This document shows, in pieces, positions 1 through 9,932 of a stretch of 64,000 nucleotides of DNA. Numbering within the stretch: position 1 is the stretch's first letter; every line of letters begins with the position of its first letter. The stretch comes from Candidatus Thorarchaeota archaeon (GTDB taxonomy: Archaea > Asgardarchaeota > Thorarchaeia > Thorarchaeales > Thorarchaeaceae). The position numbers and the translations under genes are program-made. The stretch covers positions 224,001 through 288,000 of the forward strand of contig JBHLRP010000001.1 of NCBI GenBank assembly GCA_048882485.1, read 5' to 3'. The notes beneath the pieces are model-generated. The model was not told the origin of the DNA, did not search any database, and saw only the letters and a list, made by a program, of their open reading frames with translations.

Positions 1-1882
1 TACAGCCACTCCCTATGCATCGATTGTGGCTCATGACTTCAATAATGACGGCTATGAGGATCTTGTGTATGTCTGGGAAGAAGTCCACATCCTAGATGTG
101 AACAATGGCTCTGTCTATTATAATGGAACGACCGACATAGGCTTCGCTCACGAGTTCTATGTCTATGACTTCGATGGAGACAATTCCACAGAGATACTGA
201 CGTTGACGCTCGATCAAGGTCTTTACCTAGAGGAGGTCGAATCTGGAAGTCTCCAATGGCACTACAATATTGAAACAGAGAATCATGTCATATGGGATCT
301 GGGATTCGGAGATGCAGGCGGTAGCGGAGAGCTTGACATCTTTGCGGTCGCCTCTGAATACCTAGGTGACGTGGGATTTGCTGTTGCGATAGACGGAAAG
401 AATGGCATACCGATTTGGTTCAACTTCACTGGCGGTGATTTAGGTGAGGTGGTTGGAGCGAAGCTACAGTTAGGAGGTTATGACTCACTCGTGGCTTGGG
501 ATATGCAGAATGAGAAGCTTATAGCTGTTTCCGCAGTAGAGCCAATAGGTCTCATCGTTCCTCCTGCCTATGAAAACCACGAGAAGTACTGGGAAATGGG
601 AGTCAATGGGATTTACGGTGTCTGGGTTGATGACATCTACGGCGATTCTCTCGAAGAGATTATCGTGACAGGACGAGCCACGGACGGAACCTATAATCTA
701 GCACTAATTGATGGGTCGACAATGGCAGTCAGATGGAACATCACATTAGGCTCCAAGATACTGGATGTCCAGATAGGCCATATCAGCAATTGGGCCACCA
801 AAGATTTGGCGGTTCAATCGGGCCTGAAAGAGGTCTACATAATTGATGGGCAAAGTGGAGGAATCTTGCTTCAGTATAACACCCCTGATACTCATGAAGT
901 GAGAGGAATTCGTGTTGCTGATTTCAGCGACGCAGCAGGCAATGACTATGAGGAGTTAGCAATCTTACTCCGCCAGTGGTCCGGAGGAAGTGACGTGCAC
1001 ATAGAATGGTATGATGAGGTTGGCAATTTGCTTTACAAAACGACGGACGGATTCACATCCACAACTGCTTCGTATCATATTGCGGTAGGCAACTTTCAAG
1101 GAGCATCAACAGCGGACATAGCTATGGGCGGTTCAACATTTCCAGCTCGAATCTACAGAGGAGATACGGGCGGGTTCTTCACGGCCATGCCAGGAACATC
1201 AACCTATGGCCTTGCGGCGGGAGATTTCAATGGAGATGGAGCAGGTGATTTGGCTGTCATGGATTCCGGATCTGACATCCGCATGTTCGAGTTTGTAGGA
1301 GGAGGAAGCTTCAATCTAGCTTTCGATACTGGGACAGTAAGGGAATTCTTTGCAGCAGATCTCTATAACAATGATAGCGTGGATGAAGTGGTTGTCAATC
1401 TCGAGAGGGAAGGTGCAATCGCCTTTAGCTTCACTGGAAATGAGGTTTGGAGGTATGATGCACCGCTCGTCATCGGTGGAAAGGACACACACATCGTTGG
1501 AAAGGATATGAATGCAGATGGATGGACCGATTTGGTGTTGACCAACAGAGAATACATCAACGTTGTAGATGGATCAACAGAGCGTCTTCTGTGGCATTAT
1601 TGGAAGAGCGATCTCACTACAAATTGGAATCCAAGTGTTGGGTACATGTACAGCACAAAAAGCCGTGATGTTGTCTGCTTTGGTTCGGACATCTTGTACA
1701 CTGTCGCTCACGATACAAATGCTCCAGCGTTACCACCTCTGTTACTCTCTCAAGCAGATGCTGGACTCGAAATGCTTGAAGCCGCTTTACTTGCGGGTTT
1801 CATATGTCTGCCCATTCTAATGGCCATAACCCCGCCTGCAAGAGTGTCTTGGGCTCGTCGGAAGCGAAAGGAAATAGAATAG
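1..1882 (+). CDS. FG-GAP/PQQ-like beta-propeller surface protein with C-terminal membrane anchor (5'-partial)
   Basis: Repeated DxNxDGxxD motifs (DFNNDGYEDL, DFDGDNSTEI, DFNGDGAGDL, DMNADGWTDL) and DG..G...W propeller motifs. C-terminal hydrophobic helix followed by a basic tail (RRKRK). The frame is open to the window edge. Confidence 0.8.
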   Translation, partial: TATPYASIVAHDFNNDGYEDLVYVWEEVHILDVNNGSVYYNGTTDIGFAHEFYVYDFDGDNSTEILTLTLDQGLYLEEVESGSLQWHYNIETENHVIWDLGFGDAGGSGELDIFAVASEYLGDVGFAVAIDGKNGIPIWFNFTGGDLGEVVGAKLQLGGYDSLVAWDMQNEKLIAVSAVEPIGLIVPPAYENHEKYWEMGVNGIYGVWVDDIYGDSLEEIIVTGRATDGTYNLALIDGSTMAVRWNITLGSKILDVQIGHISNWATKDLAVQSGLKEVYIIDGQSGGILLQYNTPDTHEVRGIRVADFSDAAGNDYEELAILLRQWSGGSDVHIEWYDEVGNLLYKTTDGFTSTTASYHIAVGNFQGASTADIAMGGSTFPARIYRGDTGGFFTAMPGTSTYGLAAGDFNGDGAGDLAVMDSGSDIRMFEFVGGGSFNLAFDTGTVREFFAADLYNNDSVDEVVVNLEREGAIAFSFTGNEVWRYDAPLVIGGKDTHIVGKDMNADGWTDLVLTNREYINVVDGSTERLLWHYWKSDLTTNWNPSVGYMYSTKSRDVVCFGSDILYTVAHDTNAPALPPLLLSQADAGLEMLEAALLAGFICLPILMAITPPARVSWARRKRKEIE

Positions 1883-1958
1883 GTGTGCTCGGAAATTGGC
1901 CTTGCCATAGGGTGATGGCGAGGCCACTGTTCTTTTGAAAATGAACACGCCCGCTCCT

Positions 1959-2636
1959 TCAATCCAATTCTAAATTAGCGAGCTCAGCCTTGGCCCTCTC
2001 ATTACCCGGGTCAACGGCCAGCGCCGCCTTGTAGAACCTGATTGCATCTTCTTCTTTGCCTAGCTCCATCAGGCAAATGCCTGAATTGAGCAATGGGAAT
2101 GGGTCTCTGGGGCTATAATCGGATGCCTTTCTATAATAGACCAGTGCGTTGTCATAGTCTTCCATCATATGATAGCAGAGACCTATGTTGTTCCATATCT
2201 GTGGGTAGTCTGGCTCGAGTTTCGCTGCTTTCCTATAGTACCTGATGGCATCGTCATACTTCTCCATCTTCCGTAGCGCATTGGCAAGATTGAACCAGGG
2301 CTCGGTGTATTCAGGATCGGCCCGGCAAGCCTGCATGTAGCATTCTGCCGCCTCTTTGAGCTTGCCAGCTGCTTCCAAGGCCTGGCCTTTGTTATTATTT
2401 GCATACTTGTGATTCGGCTCCAGCTCCAAAGCCATGTTACAGCTGTGAACTGCTTCAAGATATCTCCCAAGAGCGATTAGACATGCACCATGGTTGTTCC
2501 AACCCATAGGGTCGCCTGGGCATATTGTGGTATATCTATTGTAACAGGTTAGCGCCTCTTGGAATTCCTGATTTTCAAACAAGCTATTGCATTCTCTGAA
2601 GACTGCTTCACATGACTCAGTCCTCTCATATGGCAA
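1959..2636 (-). CDS. Tetratricopeptide repeat protein
   Basis: About six 34-aa TPR units (WNNHGACL, NNNKGQAL, WFNLANAL, WNNIGLCY). Confidence 0.9.
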   Translation of the reverse strand: MPYERTESCEAVFRECNSLFENQEFQEALTCYNRYTTICPGDPMGWNNHGACLIALGRYLEAVHSCNMALELEPNHKYANNNKGQALEAAGKLKEAAECYMQACRADPEYTEPWFNLANALRKMEKYDDAIRYYRKAAKLEPDYPQIWNNIGLCYHMMEDYDNALVYYRKASDYSPRDPFPLLNSGICLMELGKEEDAIRFYKAALAVDPGNERAKAELANLELD

Positions 2637-3235
2637 ACACTCTCACCTCAGTCGAGTCTTATCTTGACAACAGCGTATTTGTACATTCCCCTAGTCGTGC
2701 CCACTGACCTGCATGATGAGGCTATGCTGCCGCACAAGCCCCTACCATAGGTGCCTCTGGTGTTGTCCTGTGCCTAGACTTGCTAAAATCTCAAATCACA
2801 ACCTGGCAATTCCAATCCAGCAACTATTATATACTACTATACCGTATTATACATGCAATGCTTAGAGTGCGCCACGACTGACACGTATGTTAAGTGGGGG
2901 TTGGGGCGCAGACCAAAACCTTAATGCGGTTACGTGACCAGTTAAGGTGGAGCCACCATACTGTTTATGTAACACATTATGGCTGACTCTATAGCAAGGG
3001 CGCAGCACAACTAATGTGGGTCGGTCTCGGATTCTGGCGTGCGATCCGGACCTCGCATATTGCTCCAAAATGAGCTCTATGGAATGTGACGCACAAATCA
3101 TTAGGTGGTGGCGCGGCAAGCGTCATATTGCCCACTTGGGCTGTGCCCACCTCATTCTTCTTATTGAGTAGAACAAAATGCTAGCTCTTATTAGGGCGAC
3201 CTATGATTAGGCAAGACAACTAGGGGGCCGGGTTT

Positions 3236-4582
3236 ATGGATGATGATATGAACGGCGTTCTTCCTTCCGAGTCAGAGAAGCTGATTGAAGAGGCAAAGAC
3301 AGCGCTTTCGCGCGATCAGTATGCTGTCGCCTACAAGAAAGCTGAGGAGGCAATAGAGATTGAACCTAGTTCGGCAGTTGCTTGGAAAATCCTTGCACAG
3401 GTTGAGGTAGGCCGGAAGAATCTCAATGCAGCGATTAAGGCGTTCAAGAAATCTGTTGAACTGGACTCCGATGACTGGGAGAATTGGAATAACCTCGGTG
3501 CATTATTACTGCATGATGGAAAATCTCAAGAAGCGAAAGGTGCACTTGAAAAAGCTGCGCGACTCAATCCGGGAGATACTGGAGTCACAAACAATCTTTC
3601 CTTTCTCTATGAAAAACTAGGTGAATTAGATAAAGCTGAGAAATTACATCAGGAACTGGTTGAGAGGCGTCCTATGGAATGGACTGCATGGAGCAACATG
3701 GGTGCCTTTTTGATGAAGGTTGGAAGATATGACGAATCTGAGAGTGCCTTAAGAAAAGCTATTGAACTAGGCCCCAAGGAAGACAGTCCTAGAACGAATC
3801 TTGGGTCATTGCAGTATCTTAGAGGCGATACAAGAGGTGCGATTGAAACCCTTACTGCAGCAACGAAGATGAATCCGAAGAGTCAATCAGCAATCTTGCA
3901 GCTTGCCAAAGTCTTGGCCGAAATGCGGAGACTCACTGAAGCTGAGAATCTTTTAACTAGGGCTGAAGAACTTGGCCCTGTGGATCCAGAATTCAAGTTC
4001 TATGTAAGGATGGCTCTTGGACAGCTAATTATGCAGGAAGAGCAGCTGCGAAAGAAAACGAAGCGACATAGCGAAGCATCAACACCATGGATTGAATTGG
4101 GGTGGAATCTTGTTCAGCAAGGGAAGCTAAAGGATGCTGAAAAGATTCTGAAGAAAGCCACGAAGAAGGTTCCACCGAGTGCGGCTGCTTGGTATTATCT
4201 TGCAGGAACTCAGAGTGAGATGGACAAATTGAATGAGTCGGTAATTTCTTTTCGCAAATCATTAGAGCTTGACCCTTCCTTGAACCAAGCACGATTCGAA
4301 TGCGCCAAGGTTCTTACTCGCATGAAGGAAGATGAACAAGCGACGACTCTTCTTCAGGAGGCAGTGAAACTTCAACCAGGCTGGGCTGATGCATGGGGAT
4401 TGTTGGGGACCACACTAGGTGCTCTGGAAAAGTATCAGGATGCACTTGAAGCCTTTGAGAGGCTAAGCAAATTGACGCCTGATGATCCATTTGTCTGGAA
4501 TATGATTTCACTCTCTTATGAGAAGCTTGGGAAGACCAATGAAGCCAAAGAGGCTTCTGCGAAAGCCAGGAAATTGAGATAG
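3236..4582 (+). CDS. Tetratricopeptide repeat protein
   Basis: About 11-12 TPR units (WNNLGALL, WSNMGAFL, WYYLAGTQ, WGLLGTTL). Confidence 0.9.
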   Translation: MDDDMNGVLPSESEKLIEEAKTALSRDQYAVAYKKAEEAIEIEPSSAVAWKILAQVEVGRKNLNAAIKAFKKSVELDSDDWENWNNLGALLLHDGKSQEAKGALEKAARLNPGDTGVTNNLSFLYEKLGELDKAEKLHQELVERRPMEWTAWSNMGAFLMKVGRYDESESALRKAIELGPKEDSPRTNLGSLQYLRGDTRGAIETLTAATKMNPKSQSAILQLAKVLAEMRRLTEAENLLTRAEELGPVDPEFKFYVRMALGQLIMQEEQLRKKTKRHSEASTPWIELGWNLVQQGKLKDAEKILKKATKKVPPSAAAWYYLAGTQSEMDKLNESVISFRKSLELDPSLNQARFECAKVLTRMKEDEQATTLLQEAVKLQPGWADAWGLLGTTLGALEKYQDALEAFERLSKLTPDDPFVWNMISLSYEKLGKTNEAKEASAKARKLR

Positions 4583-4840
4583 TTGATTGGATTTCTCAGC
4601 TATGCCCAGCAAAGCAAATCAGGAGAGTAGGCATTCTTGGTGTGAGGGACGCTTATCCCAACCTGAAGAACGCAATTGATGGATGGCAGCAGCGATTTAT
4701 TGAAGAATCAGAAGAATGCAAGTACATTTCAAAATCGCGGAACTAGCCTGCCAGATCTTGGTTTTTCTGCATCCATACATTGATGGAAGTGCTTTTGTAT
4801 AGGCTATGCATCAGCGATTGTTAATGGAGGAGAGATTGCA

Positions 4841-5926
4841 TTGGAAGATGATGTATACAGAGCCCTTCAAGAACACCTGGATAGAACACCTATGGGATTT
4901 CCTCCGGCTGAATCTGGTGCTGACATCCGACTTCTGAAGCGTCTATTTACCCCGGAGGAGGCACGAATTGCCACCTATCTGACCTACTCAACCTACGCTG
5001 TTGACGAATTGGACACAATCTATCGCAGGATGGACCCTGCTAAGACTTCAATCGAGGACCTTGAGGTGGTCTTGGATGGGATGGCAAGTAAGGGACTTCT
5101 ACACTTCAAGTCCGAAGGAGGAAAGAAGTTCTACAACAATGCAAATTGGGTTGTTGGCATTTACGAGTTTCAGGTCAATAGACTGTCAAAGGAACTCCTC
5201 CAGGCAATTGGAGAATACAACGCCGAAGCATATGGCAAGGCATTCTTTAGTGCGCAGCCGACCCAGCTAAGAGTGATTCCTGTCCAGAAGAGCTATACGC
5301 CTGAGAGCCCCGTGGCTCAGTATGACGATGTACGAAGGCTCATTGAAGGCGCAGATGGGCCGTTCATGGTCACTAATTGCATCTGTAGACAATCGCATGC
5401 ACTCAGAGATGATCCATGCAAGGTCACTCAGAGAGAGGAAACATGCATTGGTGCTGGTCCGTTTGCTGAAATGTATCTCAGCTTGGGATGGGGACGGGAG
5501 ATATCCAAGGAAGAGTTGGTTCAGATTATCGATCAGAATGAACAAGAAGGTCTTGTGCTTCAACCCAGCAACTCAGAGAAGATGGAGTTCATGTGTAGCT
5601 GCTGTGGATGCTGCTGTGGACTCCTACGGGGCAAAGGGGCTATGCCAAAACCCATAGAATTCTTCACGACCAACTTCTATTCGGATGTAGACCATGACCT
5701 CTGTTCTCAATGTGGAACCTGTGTTGATCTTTGTCAGATGAAGGCACTGAGTTTCCAAGATGACTTGTTGATGGTCAACCTCGACAGATGCATTGGGTGC
5801 GGTGTCTGTGTCGCAAACTGCCCAGAAGGAGCCATCACTCTAGTAAAACGTGACATGGAATTAAAACCACCAGAAAGCATGGATGAAACATATGTGAAAA
5901 TCTTGAGAAATAGAGCCAGCACATAG
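4841..5926 (+). CDS. 4Fe-4S dicluster protein with N-terminal wHTH-like region and Cys-rich CSCCGCCC motif
   Basis: C-terminal CSQCGTCVDLC and CIGCGVCVANCP ferredoxin motifs, plus CICR and CSCCGCCC. GGAGGAG RBS lies before the TTG start. Confidence 0.85.
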   Translation: MEDDVYRALQEHLDRTPMGFPPAESGADIRLLKRLFTPEEARIATYLTYSTYAVDELDTIYRRMDPAKTSIEDLEVVLDGMASKGLLHFKSEGGKKFYNNANWVVGIYEFQVNRLSKELLQAIGEYNAEAYGKAFFSAQPTQLRVIPVQKSYTPESPVAQYDDVRRLIEGADGPFMVTNCICRQSHALRDDPCKVTQREETCIGAGPFAEMYLSLGWGREISKEELVQIIDQNEQEGLVLQPSNSEKMEFMCSCCGCCCGLLRGKGAMPKPIEFFTTNFYSDVDHDLCSQCGTCVDLCQMKALSFQDDLLMVNLDRCIGCGVCVANCPEGAITLVKRDMELKPPESMDETYVKILRNRAST

Positions 5927-6094
5927 AAGTCATTTTCAGGATGCTTTTGAGCTGTTCAATACATGCAGCATGATGATTGTAACATCCTGTTTATATCTCT
6001 AGATTGCCTTTCCAAGATCTGAGAATTCCAGAGAGTTCCAATGATTGGCTTCCAAAGAGCTATTCTCGGAACCGATGAATTAACCAATATCTTT

Positions 6095-6134
6095 ATATCG
6101 CATTCGATATCACATTCAATATCATATCCGATAT
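6095..6134. promoter_or_regulatory. Chain of three overlapping ATATCR-N4-CRATAT palindromes (12-bp period) upstream of the ABC permease operon
   Basis: ATATCGcattCGATAT (6095-6110, perfect), ATATCAcattCAATAT (6107-6122), ATATCAtatcCGATAT (6119-6134). Confidence 0.5.
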
Positions 6135-6183
6135 TAGATGTCACCTAGGCAATAGTTGAGAAATCCCTCGGAGGTCTGAAGGC

Positions 6184-8973
6184 TTGTTTCGATATGCGTT
6201 CAAGAGAGTCATCAGAGGATATCGCCTCTTCATTGCGCTTACTATCGGGGTTCTGGTTGCGACTACTTTCTTCTCTGCGATGGTGGTGGCCGCTGACGTA
6301 AACTCCCGAATTGCCCTAATGAACAGTCTTGACAACGTTGACTACGATCTGCGAGTGGAAGCGAACAATGTAACTTGGACTAACGCCGAAATGCTGGAGT
6401 TGAGGACTGAGCTGGAAAATCTACCTGAAATGAAATCTGCAGATGTTTACTCAAAATTGCGATATACCTACAACCTGACCACCAGGAATTCATACAATAT
6501 TATTGGAATGGATATTTCAAGTACTGCGTGGTCTAGTATTGAATACATCAATGGGTCAGCAACTCTAGGCATAAATGAAACCTATGTCGTTGCAAGCTCA
6601 GAAAACGCTTCCGCATTATCTCTGGGCCAGATTCTTCAAGTGCCTGTGACAGTGCAGACGACAGAGTTCCCCTATATTGAAACACTTGCACTCAATCTCA
6701 CTGTTGCTGGATTCGTTGATATTCCTGAACGTACTGCACGTCTCCTAAATCCTCCAACAACCATTAGCTTCGGCTTCATTCAGTTTCAGCTGGGTGACTG
6801 GCAGGACTACAATCTCCTTCTCGTTGATTGGGCATCCACAGTATCTCCACTTCTAGATTGGTATTCTGCTAACGAGAATGCTACAGGAATCATGATGACT
6901 ACTGGTTTTGCGTGTCAACTCGATCGTGATATTGTCATTAATCCCTATGATATCGGGAGTTCATCCTCAATAATTGACAACATTGTTTCCAGAATAGAGG
7001 ACAGAACCGCACTCTTCAACACTGATGTTACCAACCTTGTTGGTTCAACCCTCGCAGCAATTACATTACTGTCCACAATAATGATAGTTGCATTTGTGAG
7101 CCTAGCTGCTCCTATCATCTTCATGAGTTGGTATTCCTCAACCATGCTGAGTGATGTAAGCTATAATCTGCGACGTCGTGAGTTTGGACTGCTTTCAACG
7201 AAGGGATTGGGGCCCAGAACCATAAAGAGGATGCTTGTTTTTGAGGCACTGATCATAGGCTTAATCGGAGGGATTGTGGGCCTTTTTCTCGGCACAGTTT
7301 TGGGTCATCTTGTTGTAGATGTTGCTATCGATAATCTTCTGTTGGCAATGATAGGTAATCCCATGACCTCCATTTTTGTGGTTGCTTTCGCTCTTATTCT
7401 CTCATATTGGGCGATACGGGGACCTGCGAATCGTGCATCAAAGCTTGATCCTCTTGACGCCCTTAAACAGTATGTATACATTGAGGAGCAAAGAGAATAC
7501 AAAAGACTGCTGCCAACAATCGCTCTTATCCTTGGAACATACAAAATAATAGCATGGATATTGGGATTGAACATGCAGAGCCTAATCACAGGAGCGCTCT
7601 CAACGAATTTCATTCTCCTGATTCTCACCGCACTTCTATCTCCAATTGATGCTTTCCTGAATTATACGGGTCCCATACTCTTCCTCTACGGAGTCACAAA
7701 GATTCTCTTGAGGGGATCGCAGAAGTTTCAAGAAGCTATTGTTCAAGCAGGAAGCAGATTCTTTGATGCTTTTGGAAGACTGGCAACCAGGAATGTAAAA
7801 CGCAATCCTGCTAGGAACGCGGCTCTGGTGTTTGTTGTCGCACTCATTGTTTCCTATGGCATCTTCAGTGTTGGTGGGCTTTTCTCTGAAGCAGATCGTG
7901 TGTGGCGCACTGCACAATATGATGTGGGATCTGACGTGAGTGTGACATTCAATGCTGGAACTAATCTATCAGATACCCTTGATGATATATCCGGGCTTGA
8001 GGGTGTGGACGCTATAACCTTGGAGTATCATCTTACGATGAGCAGCACGAGGGGTAGCTTGGAAGTGAGAGGTATATCTCCTGAAAACTGGACTGATGCG
8101 GCATTCTACGAAACTATCTGGTTTAGTGGTCCCAGTCTTGATGAGGTTTTCTCGAATTTCACTGGAAACAAGATTTTGCTCTCAGTATCCGTCGCTAGGC
8201 AACTAGAACTAAGGATTGGAAACTATGTCACACTTCGAGGTACAAGTGCCAGCGACATTCATAGACTGGAAATCGTTGGCTTGGTTGGTTTTGTGAGCCC
8301 AATTGAGCAGTTCCTAGGCGACGTAGGTGGGCCAATTGGGCAATTCGCATTTGGAGGAACTTATCCTTCCTTCGTTCCTCGAAACTTCCTTAACTCAACC
8401 GGTCTTGTCGAATATGCAGAAGGTCATGTCTTAATCAAGACGGAAGATAACATAAATGGAACAATCCTCGAGGAGGAAATCTTCGCAAGCTTTGAAGATG
8501 TCAAGAATACTGATTCAGTGACATCGAACTTGAAAGCCCTTGAAGAGAATACTTTCCAGGCAGGAGGTACTAGGGCTCGATGGGTTGGTATCGCTTTTGC
8601 TGTAGTGCTCGCGATAGTGGGCACGGCATTAGTTGTGGGATTGACACTTAGAGAGAAGGAATACGAAACAACACTGCTCAGGGTTCGTGGATTCACTCGC
8701 GGGCAAGTGTTGAAGGTCCTAATTGCTGAGATTATGGTGATGATTATGTTCTCGCTCATTCTGGGTGTGGGAACGGGCCTAATCCAGCTGTTCGGAGACC
8801 TATCGAACCAAAGTCAGAATCTGCAGGCGCTAGTCCGACCGGTTGTGATTCTATCAGGTCCTGCCCTGTTAGGAATGATAGGGATGGTCGCTGCTGTTCT
8901 GGCTGCAGCTCTGATTCCAATTGGATTGACATCTAGGTTTACAGAAGGAAAGGTTGACATACTCAGGGAATAG
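6184..8973 (+). CDS. FtsX/MacB-family ABC transporter permease (duplicated FtsX domains)
   Basis: Two FtsX signatures (RRREFGLLSTKGLG, REKEYETTLLRVRGF), RNVKRNPARN, and large extracytoplasmic loops with many N-x-S/T sequons. Confidence 0.9.
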   Translation: MFRYAFKRVIRGYRLFIALTIGVLVATTFFSAMVVAADVNSRIALMNSLDNVDYDLRVEANNVTWTNAEMLELRTELENLPEMKSADVYSKLRYTYNLTTRNSYNIIGMDISSTAWSSIEYINGSATLGINETYVVASSENASALSLGQILQVPVTVQTTEFPYIETLALNLTVAGFVDIPERTARLLNPPTTISFGFIQFQLGDWQDYNLLLVDWASTVSPLLDWYSANENATGIMMTTGFACQLDRDIVINPYDIGSSSSIIDNIVSRIEDRTALFNTDVTNLVGSTLAAITLLSTIMIVAFVSLAAPIIFMSWYSSTMLSDVSYNLRRREFGLLSTKGLGPRTIKRMLVFEALIIGLIGGIVGLFLGTVLGHLVVDVAIDNLLLAMIGNPMTSIFVVAFALILSYWAIRGPANRASKLDPLDALKQYVYIEEQREYKRLLPTIALILGTYKIIAWILGLNMQSLITGALSTNFILLILTALLSPIDAFLNYTGPILFLYGVTKILLRGSQKFQEAIVQAGSRFFDAFGRLATRNVKRNPARNAALVFVVALIVSYGIFSVGGLFSEADRVWRTAQYDVGSDVSVTFNAGTNLSDTLDDISGLEGVDAITLEYHLTMSSTRGSLEVRGISPENWTDAAFYETIWFSGPSLDEVFSNFTGNKILLSVSVARQLELRIGNYVTLRGTSASDIHRLEIVGLVGFVSPIEQFLGDVGGPIGQFAFGGTYPSFVPRNFLNSTGLVEYAEGHVLIKTEDNINGTILEEEIFASFEDVKNTDSVTSNLKALEENTFQAGGTRARWVGIAFAVVLAIVGTALVVGLTLREKEYETTLLRVRGFTRGQVLKVLIAEIMVMIMFSLILGVGTGLIQLFGDLSNQSQNLQALVRPVVILSGPALLGMIGMVAAVLAAALIPIGLTSRFTEGKVDILRE

Positions 8974-8975
8974 AG

Positions 8976-9878
8976 GTGGTAACTTTGGAAGGTGCAAGAA
9001 GCTACATAGAAACGAATGATTTGGTCAAAGTATATAGAATTGGAGATGTTGAAGTACAGGCGCTCCGTGGCCTTTCTATGAAAGTCGATCAGGGAGAGAT
9101 AATATCTATCATTGGCCCTAGTGGATCAGGCAAAACCACATTGCTCAACATCATTGGTGGGCTGACATATGCAACTGCTGGGAAGAGCTATGTCGCTGGA
9201 AATGATATCTCATCCTCAACTCCTGCTCAACTCGGTCATCTGCGACAGAGAACTGTTGGCCATATATTCCAGACGCTCAACCTTATTCCCACCTTGACGG
9301 CGTATGAGAACGTCGAGCTCCCTATGCTGGCAATTGGTGCTCCCAAGGCTGCGCGAAAGAAAAGAGTGACAGAGCTGCTGAATCAAGTCGGTCTGGGCCT
9401 TAGGATTAACCATAAACCTGACGAGTTGAGTGGAGGCGAGAAGCAGCGGGTTGCCATCGCGGCAGCTCTGGCCAACGATCCTCCAATCCTGATTGCTGAC
9501 GAACCAACAGGCGACCTCGATACTGAAACTGGAGCTAAGATTGTGGAATTCTTGCTATCTGTCAATACGGAAATGGGCAAGACAGTCCTTATTGTCACAC
9601 ACGACCCCCAAATAGCTAGACAGACTGACAGGATCTATAGGATCATGGATGGTCGAATCATATCTGTACAAACTCCTGGTGAGGCAGAAGAAGCAACCGT
9701 TGAGATCAAGATTCAGATGTATCGTGATAGACTCCGCGAAACCAATGAAGAGATCATTCAACTCCAAAAGGTGTATGAAGAACGGAGAGTCACTCCCGGG
9801 ACATTTGCTGAAAGATGGACAAATCTCCATCTTACAAAAGAGTTCCTTGAACGTGAATTGAATCGGATGGGTCTCTAG
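8976..9878 (+). CDS. ABC transporter ATP-binding protein (LolD/MacB type) with C-terminal helical extension
   Basis: Walker A GPSGSGKT, signature LSGGEKQR, Walker B LIADEPT, H-loop VTHD. Starts 2 nt after the permease stop. Confidence 0.95.
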   Translation: MVTLEGARSYIETNDLVKVYRIGDVEVQALRGLSMKVDQGEIISIIGPSGSGKTTLLNIIGGLTYATAGKSYVAGNDISSSTPAQLGHLRQRTVGHIFQTLNLIPTLTAYENVELPMLAIGAPKAARKKRVTELLNQVGLGLRINHKPDELSGGEKQRVAIAAALANDPPILIADEPTGDLDTETGAKIVEFLLSVNTEMGKTVLIVTHDPQIARQTDRIYRIMDGRIISVQTPGEAEEATVEIKIQMYRDRLRETNEEIIQLQKVYEERRVTPGTFAERWTNLHLTKEFLERELNRMGL

Positions 9879-9932
9879 CATTCTCGATACTTTTTTGTGA
9901 CTGTCTCATGCTCGAGAAGTTAGGTTCTAAAT

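Noticed and set aside
2862-3119. 85-aa minus-strand ORF in the TPR intergenic gap
   Set aside because: Atypical composition (Arg/His/Pro-rich), a TTG start and no motif make it likely spurious.
4583-4746. Stop-free frame of about 50 codons after the TPR gene
   Set aside because: There is no convincing start, RBS or recognisable motif.
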